This document shows, piece by piece, positions 24,796 to 37,071 of a DNA stretch of 43,939 nt. Made by a program: the position numbers and the translations under genes. This DNA comes from Cystobasidiomycetes sp. EMM_F5 (Eukaryota), in contig JBPGPT010000033.1 of assembly GCA_051047955.1 (NCBI GenBank), positions 124,001-167,939 on the forward strand, read 5' to 3'. Position 1 is the stretch's first letter; each line of letters opens with the position of its first letter. Below the pieces are notes generated by a model. The model was not told where the DNA came from, did not search any database, and saw only the letters and a program-made list of their open reading frames with translations.

Positions 24796-24960
24796 GTGAG
24801 CGAGTCAGCACAGCACTTCGTTATCGACCAGTATCATGACTCCCTTGGCAGCGGTGTGCCCGGCCTTCTTTGTCGATTCGAAGCCATCGCCTTGCCTTCA
24901 ATACTTTGAGATTGCCAACAATATCAGCGAAAAAGGCGTCCACGGGATGGTGCTGTATTC
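24796..24960 (+). pseudogene. Probable third, internally deleted remnant of orphan gene B
   Basis: GTG-AGC-GAG-TCA-GCA (VSESA), cagtatcatgac QYHDSLG (versus QYHDLLG), a cccggcc block and KGV (versus KGVPM) occur in colinear order. Confidence 0.4.
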
Positions 24961-25494
24961 GCTGAGTCTGCAGACAGGCTATCACTCATCAGCAGCAATT
25001 CACTTTCTGCAGGTCCGAGTTTGCACTACGCTGGCGGTTCCTCGCCTTCCCTTGGTGATGAGCCTCACTTAACAAAGACTCTGACAATCATCACATTTTA
25101 CCCATCGACTCTAGTCTGTCCACGAGCCAAATAGCCAGAACCGTCGATGATGGCCATGGTTGTCAGGTGGCTGGAGATCTCGGAATAGTATGCTGCCCAG
25201 CTGGCAGGTGAAAAGGTGATTAAGTTGACATGCGATCTTAACTACCGCTCGCAGAGACTATGATCGGTAGCGCATACCCTCAAGCGCAGGGTAACCCCTT
25301 ACAAATCTCGCCAGTTGCTGCGACGTCCAGATCGTATTTTACAGCAGCGACTTGGCGTTTCGACCGTAAAGTCCGCCATGCTACAATATCTGATATCCGT
25401 ACTCAAATTATTATCCTCAAGTCGCGCCTTGTGTCAACATCCGTCATCGCGGAGTGGATCTTATGAGGTATATTGAGGCAAATCGCATTGGGAG

Positions 25495-26451
25495 TCATGA
25501 CCTGCGTATGTACGTCCACGATGTGACTTCGATGCGTCTGACTATGCTCCGCTTCAAAATTGTGGAGCGCGACTGAGGTTACGGACTACCATGCGATGTT
25601 GTAGCGCGTTACTCTTGGCTTGTCCACCAGGACATTCCGGGCGAGCTTTTCGTAAAGAGGGGGGTTTGGTCGATCTGATTCCTCCAATGATCGCAATTCC
25701 TCCGTGTCGTACTCGGTGTTGACATAGTAGCCAATTCGTACAAATTCTTGATTCGAGTATGAAGCGCTCAGCAGGATGACTGTGACACCGATAAGATCTG
25801 TTGGAGGTATATGTTCAGGGGCGGGGGCGGCTGCCTAATGAATTTGGTGCAGATGTAGCAGACGGCGAGTTCATCAGTATCGATACTATGCACAATGCGA
25901 TAAGATATGACGACATGGATGACCTCCGACATTGACGCTCTCGGCATCAAGCACACTGGTCATGCCTTCCGGGTCATGCAATCTTTGCAGTGACGAGAGG
26001 GATGGAATAAGGATTGCCTTACTTCGAATTCAAAGCTGTTGACGCCTATAGGTACCGGCCCGACCATGCAAGTGTCGAGTTCTTGATCGAAGCTTTCGTT
26101 TTCGGCGGACCCCACATATGTAAGCTTCCATTCAATGTCTGTTGATGGGCGAGCACGCATTTCCGCAAGTCAGTCTTGTGCAAATCTTCGGTCTTCCTGA
26201 GCTTGCTTGCAGAACACCGGCGCAGGAGTGTGCTTGGAGTGAAGGGTCGCGTGTAGACACGCGTCGCAGCCTCATCCGCCATGGTCTGCCAATGAGCAGA
26301 TGCGTGGATTCGGGTATGGCTGCACGGCGACCAGGAACCCACCTTCGGGTAAGTCTGCGATACACTCGAATGTAATCTTGAATGTATATGGGTCCCCAAA
26401 ACGAGATGGATTGTTGAGGACCGCGACTTCGGTGATGTTGATGACGGACAT
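25495..26451 (-). CDS. ASF1: Histone chaperone Asf1
   Basis: [44 protein letters not shown]...DQELD...[14 protein letters not shown]|...[22 protein letters not shown]...[12 protein letters not shown]. Confidence 0.95.
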
Positions 26452-26690
26452 GCTCGAGCACGCTGCGCCCGGGAGGCGATATCGAGACCAGGGCAGGAGA
26501 GTGGTAGCAGTATCAAACTGCGCTACCGACGCTTTCGAGCGCGACAGTCAGAAGAGCCGAGCGAGTTGGCGTGTGGCAGAAGTCCATCCACAGACTTCGT
26601 CTTGACGCCGTCTTGACGCAAGACGAACACTACAGCACAGCAAGCAAAGACGGAAGGGCTCAACAGTCGCCGCATCGCATCTCCGCTGCA

Positions 26691-29600
26691 ATGGCGTCCG
26701 CCAGCACGGCAGTATCCGAAGCCATGGTATTGGATCGAGCGCGCTATCAAGCCGGAGGGTCCGCTGGCATAATCTACATTTTGCGGTATCTCGACAACCT
26801 CGAGCAATGCCTGCACAGATCAGAACCGGTACGTCTCTGCAAATACGCCCGCGCACTTGGGTGGGCTGATGCGTTTCCGACGTCTGCGTCAAACGTATCC
26901 TCCATGGCTCTTCGGGTGCACGCTGTGCTTCATATTCACGATACCTTATATACGCGCATCTTACCTTCGAACGTATAGCTCAACCTGACCCTTTACCAAG
27001 ACACTTTCCAAACATCAATGCAACAGATCACTTCTCCACCTCCAGCGCAAAGCGCAGACTGGCTCGGTAGACCTATACGTCGTGCCCTCGGTCGTGTCTA
27101 CGTCGCGTGGTTCGCGCACAGCAACGGACGAGGTGTCTACGACGCGATCTGCCAATGGATGTCAATCGTTGATGTTGGGAAGGCTCACCCGGCAGTGCAG
27201 ATGTAGGTCAGAATACATTATACACAGTATCGTAAAACATGGCTAATTCAACCCTCTGCCAGTTTATCGATGTACCTTGTTGGCGTGGTATTCACCGCGT
27301 ACGGCTCTTACGTGAGTTAACGGAAACGAAGTCTACGCATCTGTACGTAGCTCTTGGGAGGCTTGGGAGCTGACCACTGACTAGACATGCAGTCGATATC
27401 GCTGTCTGCCGATATTGTGGCTGCTTGTTTGCGTTCGGCTCGAAATACACATTTGGTATGATGTCCGCTGCAAAATAGACAGACACATCCTTTGCTGATG
27501 TTTTTCTAGTCCATCAATATGCGCTTCACGGCTGCGGATGCACTTGCCAAAGTTGCGCACATAGCTGTACCTACTTGCAGCCGCACCACGCATAAGGATA
27601 TAATCAGGCACTTGCGATCGCTTCTACTGGACCGATCCACTACTGTGGTAAGAGCGGCAGCTTCTGTGGGTGCTATACTTGCTTCTCGATAAGTTTCTGG
27701 TATTCAGACGCTTACATGTGAATGCTATTTGTCTATCTTACCTTCGCTCGTGCGAACGCATGCGGTAGGCACTCGCGTGCGTGCTGACGACACCCTCTAG
27801 CCTGGCTGAGCGATCAGAGCTTGACAACACTTTGAACGTGTGCGTAAAGGCTATGGAAACCAATGACATTAGCACCCGGCACCAAGTTGTCGATTTAGCA
27901 GCCGCAATTCTGCTCAAGAACACTGCAGCAGTTGCGCAAACTGCGGGCCTTGCCGATCCGGGAACTAGCTCGCTCAACAACAATGATGATTCGGTCGAAC
28001 TTTCGTCGTCCCATCCGCCAACGACTCTCGAGATCTTTCAGCGAATTTCCCAGATTTATCAAAAGCCGACTGGTTCGCGTCGTTTACGCAATTGTCTGTG
28101 GAGCTTGATGTCAGCAATTATTACACACATGGACCACGCAACGTTCACCGCTCAGTCCAGAGACATTCTCAGAGCAATGTTGATGGAAGTCGCAGGTCCC
28201 ACGTACAGTCTGTTCGGTGATTTTGAGACGAAATCGATGCGGACAGCTGCTCTGATTGTATTGAAGGAAAACTTTGTCGGGCGCTTGACCGGCGAGAGTG
28301 AGCGTCTGTCTTTCTTCGCCGACATATGTGCTACCTACCTCCACAAGTCAGAGGAGCAATCATCGACTACACTCATCCTGGCTTTGGACACTTTGGCTAT
28401 GCTGCTCGACGCGAGCGGAATGGTGCTGAGCGACATTTTGGTGGCATCTAGCGATGTCCTGTTCGAGATGCTGGAACACACTGAGTCAACTGTTCGAACA
28501 CATGCAGCCTTGGTGCTGTGTAAGCTTGTAAAGGCTGCTCCGACTACTTATACACATGCTTCAAATCGCTTACTCGACCAACTATCGCAAGCCACAGCCT
28601 TACTGGCTGTTTCTTCGAATGACCCACGTACGCCCGATCGTATTCATGGATGGACTGCAGCGTTTTCTGGTCTCCTGTGTATGAGTGCCAGCCTCTCTCT
28701 CTATGCGTCAAAGGACGGACCCACTCGAGCGGTGTCTCTTGCTATGCGTATCTTGCGAGAAAGCGGCGACTTGAACATTAATGCAGCGACCGCCGCCATT
28801 TGCTGTGCCTGGAAGATTTTGGCATCGGTCATGCACAAAGGACCAGACTTTATTGGAGTACATTTACCTCAACTCATGCTGCTGTGGAAGAACGCGTTGC
28901 CAAAGCCGTTGGCGAAAGACTCCGAGATCGCAGAAAAGCGCACTATGGCCGAATGGCTGTTTCTTCTACGGATACGAGAGGCGTCTTTACGCTGCATTCA
29001 CATGTTTCTCGTCAACAACTCGCTCCTGCTGTCCTTCGACGTAGAGCGCCGCATCACAGCAGCACTCAGTAACTGCTTGAGTTTCTCGACGGCATATGCG
29101 GCTAATAGTCCCTTTGGTACGACTTTGCTACTATCTCAAGATCCAAATGATGATCTCATGGCGATAACGACTCGAGACGCTTTCTGTCAGTTCCGTTATA
29201 GACTCTTACAGAGTTTCACGAGGGTGTGTGATCGGCCTTCGGCCGAGCCTCTGCGGGCTTCTGTCCTTGCATTATGTAGCGCTCTTTTCTGTCAGCCGAC
29301 CAGAGCAGTCCTGGGGCGGCGCCACTCGTCGGTTACATCCCCATCCGCTTCGTCATTGTGGGATCCGCCTGATGACTGGGCTAGCGGACTATCATCCTCC
29401 GTTGTGGATCAAAATTTTGGCAGACATGACCGTGTCACGCTTTCTGTCTACGATACAATCGATGTGCGGCTGGAACGCATACTTCGAATGCCCATCTTGA
29501 AATCGCTCGAATCTGACGACGATAATATGTATAACATTGATGCAAAGCTCGAAGATACATACTCACCGCCGATGTTGACAGCGCTGATCGATTGCGCAAT

Positions 29601-32600
29601 GGATGTATTCAGTCGGACACTACCATATGTGTCCTCGGAAACATGTACCGAGCTCATTTTGCAGATCGTGAACAACTATCGGCACCTTACCCTTAAGTAC
29701 CATGCATCTCAACGCAAACAAGCCGTAGTCTTCAACGTCATCACCACATTGTCAAGAGCATTTACGAATTTCGCAGCACTCGGGGCATCGATCTTGGTAC
29801 CCGAAGTGTTTCAAAAGCAAGAGGCCTTTTTCTCCATTGTCATGGTCAGTCTAACCTGAGAAGTAAGTTGTCACTAGCGGTGCCTCTGACTTTTGCTGCA
29901 GGATGCTCTGGTTGACAAAGATAGTCATCTGCGCGATCTTGCTGCCGAAGCATTGGGGTGCTGGTGCAATGCAGACCCTTCCTTCCTCGCTGTCTGCGTT
30001 CAAGCACTGGTTGCACGTGTAGTCGCTGACACCGACCCGTACGCGCGAGCAGGATGCGTGCAAGCGTGTGCTGCAATCTATGCAAGGGCTGGCGTTCTTT
30101 CCGCTGCACCAGTCTTGCGCATCATAGCGGACGTGACAATCTCCTTGGCAGCCGACCCTCACCCACTCGTGCATCGATGGGCTTTGCAATCTCTTGCATC
30201 ACTGCTTCATACTGCTGGTCTGGGCGGAGATTCGATCACGACCGCTGTTTTGGGTATGGTCACTCAAGTGTACTGCAACGATAGCTACAACCCGGAAAGC
30301 GAAAGTTCGACTGCTCTTTTCCACAGAAAAGATCTCGATGTTATATCTGCAATATGTATGGTGCATGACGGGCTTATTGTCACTCTCGACCCGCTGGAGA
30401 ATACTGGAAATGCTACTCTAGCTATTTTGACCTGTCTCATGCGCCACTTTCTCGCCGAAGCTGATACTCGTGCCGTAGTACAAGGCAACATCTTACTGCA
30501 GCATATGCTTCTCCTTTTTCCCAACGCTTTACCGCTGCCGGATCTTGTACAGGTCATTCACGATCAGCTCAACCACTCATCTTTGGCCGTCAAGCAAGCT
30601 GCCATGGGTTCCGTCTACCAAATGGTCAATCGACAAGTAAATACAATGTCTACCTTGGGTGGAGACAAATTCGTCAATAAGCTCTTCCTCATCTTGGACA
30701 CGTGTCCGGATATGGATGGTGTTGTATTCGTCATCGAAAGCTGGCTCAACCAGACCGCGCGTGCCAACCCGATTGGGTGGATAGAAATATGCAAACGAGT
30801 CACAGATCGCAATTCTGTCTCCAATCTACCACGCGGGACGAATAAGGCGGACGCAAGGCAATGGGCGGATGACGAGTCAAGTAGTCTTGGTAGAACATCC
30901 CTCGAAACGTCAAACGTTCCATCGCTACGACAGACCCGCTGGCAGACGCGAGCTTTCGCTCTTAGGTGTCTCTGCACCATCTTGCGATTGGCCCGCATGG
31001 GAATATCTCCGTTTCATATTGCTAGTGGCAACGAGAGCCATGTCAGCTCTGCACACCTAATTGCACAACTTGCGAATCTTGTTCGCATCGCTTCAACGGC
31101 GATTGGTTCTGAAGTCGAAGCTCTCAGACTCAACGGAATCGCCTTGCTTTCCGAGATTACCGATGTAAGCTCGTTCCCGCAGTAATTGCAAAATTGATGA
31201 CGGAGAAATGATCTGTTTAGACCTTCTGCGCGCTCCGCGACGGTGATGCAGAAGGGTCTCCAATCTTGCGACAATACCAGGCGGCCATAGTCGCAGCTGT
31301 GCTACCGCTGATGACCGGGACTGCCAGCGTAGACTTGAAAGTCAGGGCAATCTCATTTAGCGGAGCACTCATTGCGTCTCGCATATGGCTGGATCTTGCT
31401 GATGTCAGTCGACTGGTCCGGCTTCTCAGAAACTTCGCCGAGTGCCTCACCGGTAAGCTTGTGTTATTATGTGCTCTCGCAAAGTACTTCAAACCGACAC
31501 TAAGTGTGAACATACTTGGTATAGACACGACTTTGCTTGCGCATACTGCTGGCTTGGGTGACTGTGTAACAGAACATGCTACTACAACAATACGGTACGC
31601 GATTTTGTCGGCATGGGCCGAGATCTGCGTAGCTGCCCACACCCACAACAACGGTGATCTGTGTGCTCTCGTCTCGTCGAATCGAGACCTCCTTATACCA
31701 TTGTGGTCGTCCACACTTCACCAATCTGCAGATCTTCTTGTAGATAGCAAGGACACCAATATCACGTTGGATGCAGAGGCTACCGATGTATGGTATTCTG
31801 CGAGTCATACCAGCGCGATGTCCTTAATGGTAAATTGGACACATTGTTACTCGGAAGACAAAAAACTGAGAACCGCTTCAGTACTCTGATTGCAGTATTC
31901 TGAATGCCTTGGCACTGTCGCTGCTTCCGGATCAGTCTGTACAGGCTTCAAGGCGTTCTAACTCAGTCGACGTTGAGATGGACGTCTTCGTTGGTTTGTC
32001 GGCTCACATCTTATGGGCAGCGGTGCGCGAAGTCGCAACTGCCGCGTCGGAGCGCTCCTTCGTTTTACGGGCATTGCGAGCCCACCAGAAGTCGACTTCG
32101 CTAATGTATGAAATCTCAAATGTCATCGAGCCTTCGATGTTCGACGATTCGATGCTACTATACCATCGTATGTTTGGATTGGACGATATCACAGTGGATG
32201 AGGGATTAGCGTCGATGTTGAACACGTATGCCGATGCCTTTTTAAGGCTGACTGTCAAGAAAGTGTAAGTGCGTATTAACCACTAGTAGACTCTGCTAAT
32301 AATCACCCGATAGTGATGTTGTCAGAGAAGTTATGCATTGCGAGCATCTGGCGTATGCTATACTTCGGAGATCGATCCGCACTGGTCCGTCACAATTCGT
32401 GGTTGGTTCTAACGTCACTGAAATACGCTGCGCATATGCAGGTAGCGAAGTGTCTCTAGACATGGCATGGACCGCGTTATTGCGCCTATCATCATGTGCA
32501 CCGGTTTCGCTCGCTCGGCACGTTCATGCCGCCTTACTGAAGGAAATATTAGGTGAGTATATGAAGTACCCCTTTAGACTTGGCAATGCATGTGCTAACC

Positions 32601-33598
32601 CAGCGCAGACGGTGTAGAGGGTTTGGACCAATCGCCTGCATTACTCAGAGCACTTACCAAAAGCTGCGCGTTCATGCGTGCTCAATCGTCGGAGATGCGT
32701 GAATTCCAGAAGCCGGTATATACACGAGCTCTTCTGGCCTACTCTCAGGCACTTCAATCGGTCTTCAAGACTGTGGCTGGCGATGGCGCAACTCCCAACA
32801 ATGATGACGCTCTACATCATGTACAGCAGCCATCGAGAGGCACGGTAAAGGTCTCGGAACTGCAAAGCACTGTTGGTCTATTATTGTCCGTGGTTGCAGA
32901 AGCACAGATGAGTCCGGTTGCCGAGTCCGTGCTCAGAGCGGCAAGCTGCGCGTTGCTGGACACCTTTTCGGCTGGTAATAGCCACGTACGTTGTTTTGTG
33001 CAAGTTCCCTGTTTGTGTCGGGCTGAGCGTGTCTCATATCCCAGTTATCCGGCGCTCTTCGTACGATTTTGCAGATGCTTCTCCGCACATCCCGCCCAGA
33101 AAGTGCACAAAGCTGGATCTACGGAAACATATTGGCAGCTGTCGTTAGCTTCGCAGGTGTCGAATCTAGTGTCGGTACGCAAGGAGCGGCGGGGTTAAAC
33201 ATCTTCGTGGACCTCGTCGCAGAGGCCGGCTCCATCCGAATACCAGGTAGGTGGTGATGATGCGTACGACTGTTTTCGCACCCTAACAAGCGTATCATGC
33301 AGTAATAGAGGGAGCGCTCGTCCCGCTGCAATTATCGATCTACATCTGGCTACTTCAATGGACGGACGCAACAGACGCTTTACGCACAAAATCGCAGCAT
33401 GGCCTGAATGCGCTTGTGAAGACTCATAGCGCGTCCGTAAAAGAGACTGTAGCTCAAATGGAGCCCAATCATCAAAGATTGCTGAATCGACAGCTGGAAG
33501 CCGCCCTCGCCGGTGCTGGCAAATACGAGGCGGAGGGAAGGCTTCACTCAATGCCCAGCATATCTCTGAAGGGCTTTGCGGCGGCTAAAAGCGCATAG
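26691..33598 (+). CDS. LAA1: Large HEAT-repeat protein, Laa1/HEATR5 family (AP-1 accessory)
   Basis: GRPIRRALGR, HLPQLMLLWKNALPKP, DTDPYARAGC, LAADPHPLVHRWAL, TRWQTRAFALRCL, SPILRQYQAAI, C-terminal PSISLKGF. Many introns. Confidence 0.85.
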
Positions 33599-33618
33599 AC
33601 CAATGTATGCAATGGAAA

Positions 33619-36210
33619 TCAATTGGATGCAGCCTGCTGAACGATCAAGTGGCGCCCTAGATAGTGGCTATCTCGAAGGCCTGACAATGCTGCCAACGCT
33701 TGGTCTGCTGATGCAAATTGCGCAAACGCGAAGCCGCGTAGAGCGTTGCCAGATTTGCGCGGTAGACGGATAGACAGCACTTGACCATACGATCTGCACG
33801 AAGTAGAGGAGGTCAGTACATGGCGCGGTTGGCAATGTGCTAAATTTAGGATTATTTACGCTAACAGCTTGCTGAGGTCAGTCTTGTTGGCTTCGAAGGG
33901 CAAGTTCTTAATGACGATTTTCGTGGAGTTTGCGCCAGACGCTATACTGTCGTCATCGTTCGTGGGACGTATCTTGCGTTCAGACTGCTTGCAGACCAAC
34001 GCATATCCGTCGAGAACGTGTCCATCTTTGAGTCTCATTGCGTTATCTGCTGACGGCCAATCCGTGAACGCAACCCAGCCATATCCAGAATGGCGGCCTT
34101 CCGGTACCTGTTTGCTATTTGCTAGGCTGAGCGAAATGTAGCCGGGTAGATCGCAAAAGACGGCTTCCACTTCTTGGGTAGTGCTAGCGAAGTTTATATT
34201 CTTGACAAACAAGGCTATTTTACCAGAATGGTCAGCCTCGATGGACTTTGAGCAGACTGATTGATGAACGACGGAATTTAAGTCATCGCTCGTTTCTTCC
34301 AGCTCCCAGATGTCGTCTGATAGCGACCTCGCGTAAACAATGGATTTCCCTAGCTTGAGATAGGATAGGGATTTCAGTGCCTTTGTGGCCTGCAGAGAGT
34401 TCTGAAGTTGTATCACGGATATAGATCCTGCCGGTGGCAACAAGAGGCGCACGATATCCAAGTCGATACCGGACACAATGGATCGTACAGTAGTTTCCGA
34501 CGTTCCTACCGGTAAATTTGTCAATAAGAGCGATCGTGACGGCGTCAGCGCTGATGCATCTTTGCGAGATGTGTTTGGCTTTGCATTCACGTCCTTGTCG
34601 AATTGCGGAAGTCGTACGCCATGCTGTGATAGCCGGACTCAGGCTCTACCGCACTGCAATAGACAGAGAGCCATGCTTACAGTCTGAAGGTAGTCTCGCG
34701 TTTCTTCGAGAAGTACGGTCTCAGCCAATGTCTGCTCTAGGGCTGAATGACTGGAATAAGCATCGAATATTCGGTGCTTGCGAGTCTGAAACCGCTGCGC
34801 CACGCTTTCCATGGCAGCATCGCTCTGTGACAGGAGTGAGCACTGTGGTAAAGAGATTTGATATTTTGGCACTGACTCCAATCAACAAAGCACCGCCTGA
34901 TTTGCCGTTTCCATTGTTGTGGGTGGACGGAGGATGGTGAGCCGAAGGGTCATAGGTCCAGGGATGGCTGCCTTCAGGAGAAGTGTCCCGATGAACCGCA
35001 GGAAGAACTTGCAGTACTCTTCCCTGGAAAGGCTGCTGATCTAATTCAATACGTGCTTTGTCTGCGTACTGCGGCGACGCGAACTGGACAAATGCCACCC
35101 CCTTCGAACGGCCATCCTTATTGGAGACAACATGTACCTGTTTACGTGAAGGGCGAACGCCGCGTTATTGTTTTACATGGTATACAGGGAGAGATAGCTG
35201 ACTCACGCTAACTATATCGCCGTATGTATCAAAATGCGCGCGTAATTCATCTGGCGTCGCTGTGTATGATAGATTACGCACAAAGAGACGAGATACAGCA
35301 GCGGCGCCGGTAGTCTTGCTACTGGGTTCCTGCTACAATCGCACGAGTTAGACTTGGGAGAATGCTGGTGGAAAACACTTGCCTCGATGGCGGTCCCGGA
35401 CGCAGTCTGAGGCAGGTTGTGCTGAGTCATGTGACGCCGACGTCTGGAGATAAGGTATTCCTCGTCCGTAGCATTGTGCGAGACCGATGATAAGGGCGTT
35501 TCTGCCACTTGGGAGGCGACATCCGAGTGATTACCGGGCGGAGGCGGAGGCGGAGTTGCGATGAAAGTTGTTTCCCACGTACGACCAGGCGGAAGAAAGC
35601 CGTTGTGCTCTACGTCACCTTGCGACATAGACATGTGCTTCCTTTTTCCAGAATATTTGGGTGGGGCAGCATTGATCTGTAATGAAAGCGGCAAATACAG
35701 GTATGCACACACACATATACACGTATACCGACGGCAGTAGTATCGTCAGAAGATCTCGTTAATCATCTTGGACATGTTTGCCTCACCACCTTTGCAAAGT
35801 CAACCTGAATTCTTGATCCTTTGAACCAGGTGCCATCAAACCAATTTCTCGCGCAGACGGCGTCATTCTCGGTCTTATAGCCCACAAACCCCATGCAGCG
35901 GGACTGTCCGTGACTGGTATAAAGTACTTTTGCATCTGTGACCGAGAGCCCGGTTGATGCAAAGTACTCGTTGAGCGCGGACGAGGTCACGTCTGACTTT
36001 AGCGAAAAGACGACCAATCTTGAAGATGGCTTTCTGAGGTTGTCACGGTGATGCACGGGCGGGATTGGTACCCAGACAGTGAAGAGTTTGCCACATTCCG
36101 GTTTTTTTTTCTCTACCGCATCAGCACTTGGACTGGCGCCTGTTTTGCGGTGAAGCAGCTCACGAAACCGTTCCAGCACGCGTGGGCGACGGTGCGCGTA
36201 CAGCCGACAT
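33619..36210 (-). CDS. MRD1: Multiple RRM-domain ribosome biogenesis protein Mrd1 (diverged)
   Basis: RRM1 SRLVV...SRCMGFVGYKT...WFDGTW..SRIQVDFAK; RRM2 SRLFVRNLSY...SKGVAFVQF...FQGRVLQVLPA; linker LAETVLLEETRDY; further RRMs LFVKNINF and KIVIKNLPFEA...RGFAFAQF...HYLGRHL. Start codon uncertain. Confidence 0.85.
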
Positions 36211-36343
36211 AGCTTTCAAAACGAACCGTCTGGTCGGTTGCGGGCAAAGCTGCTCAATCTGGCGTTGCAAATCAGGCGTCATTGATCCACCTCCCGCTTG
36301 CTCGAGCATCACAAGGATCTAGACGGTTTCCAACTCCAATGCT

Positions 36344-37030
36344 ATGTCCGTACTGCTATCTGCGCCCCGATCCCGTCTGGCCTTGTGCGCCCGTCAACTG
36401 CGTCAGTTTGCAAGCTCGACTGCGGTCCAGTCCCACGTTGGGTCGGCGCCCATACGTCTACCAGAAGGTGTAGACTGCGTGGTTGATCCGACGTCGACAT
36501 CCGTCCGCATTTCTGGGCCCCGCGGTCATCAGGTTGTCCAGCTCGCGTCTGGAATCAACGCCCGCCTGAGTGCCTCCGGCAGTCCGCAAACAGCAGAGGG
36601 CTTACTCGTAGTAACCTGCGCGGATCCCCTAGACAAGGCGCAACGCTCTCAATGGGGTCTCCGACGAGCTTTGGTCGCCAACGCTGTGACTGGCGTCTCG
36701 ACCGGCTTCCAGCTACCAGTGAAGCTTGTAGGCGTAGGGTATAGGGCTACCGTTGAGAGCACGCCCGCGAACCCGCCGAAATCTCAACATTCCAACAAGA
36801 CTCTAGTCTTGCGACTTGGCTATCCGCAGCCTATACGACTGTCCATTCCCGACGCCATCGAGTGCTCTGTGTCCTCGCCAACAGACATCCTCCTTTCAGG
36901 AGCAGACAGGAATGCCCTGGGTAGTCTCGCAGCCGTAATCCGCAACCTGAGAGTTCCCGAACCGTATAACGGAAAAGGCGTCTTTGTAGGCAATGAACAA
37001 GTAAAACGAAAGGAAGTACGGAAGAAGTGA
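36344..37030 (+). CDS. MRPL6: Mitochondrial ribosomal protein uL6m, intronless
   Basis: Presequence-like N-terminus, SHVGSAPI, QWGLRRALVANAVTGVS.GF, LVGVGYRA, PEPYNGKGVF. Confidence 0.93.
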   Translation: MSVLLSAPRSRLALCARQLRQFASSTAVQSHVGSAPIRLPEGVDCVVDPTSTSVRISGPRGHQVVQLASGINARLSASGSPQTAEGLLVVTCADPLDKAQRSQWGLRRALVANAVTGVSTGFQLPVKLVGVGYRATVESTPANPPKSQHSNKTLVLRLGYPQPIRLSIPDAIECSVSSPTDILLSGADRNALGSLAAVIRNLRVPEPYNGKGVFVGNEQVKRKEVRKK

Positions 37031-37071
37031 ATCTCCTGTCATCTGCCGTCTTCTATGGAAGCCTAATGCCG

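Noticed and set aside
19639..24960. Transposon or viral origin of the duplicated cassette
   Set aside because: No transposase, reverse transcriptase or integrase motifs, terminal inverted repeats or LTRs were recognised. Not excluded without a database search.
15360..25480. Pheromone precursor or STE3 receptor gene
   Set aside because: Scanning the intergenic stretches by eye found no short ORF ending in a CAAX motif plus stop, no repeated peptide units and no 7-TM coding exons. A small spliced gene could have been missed.
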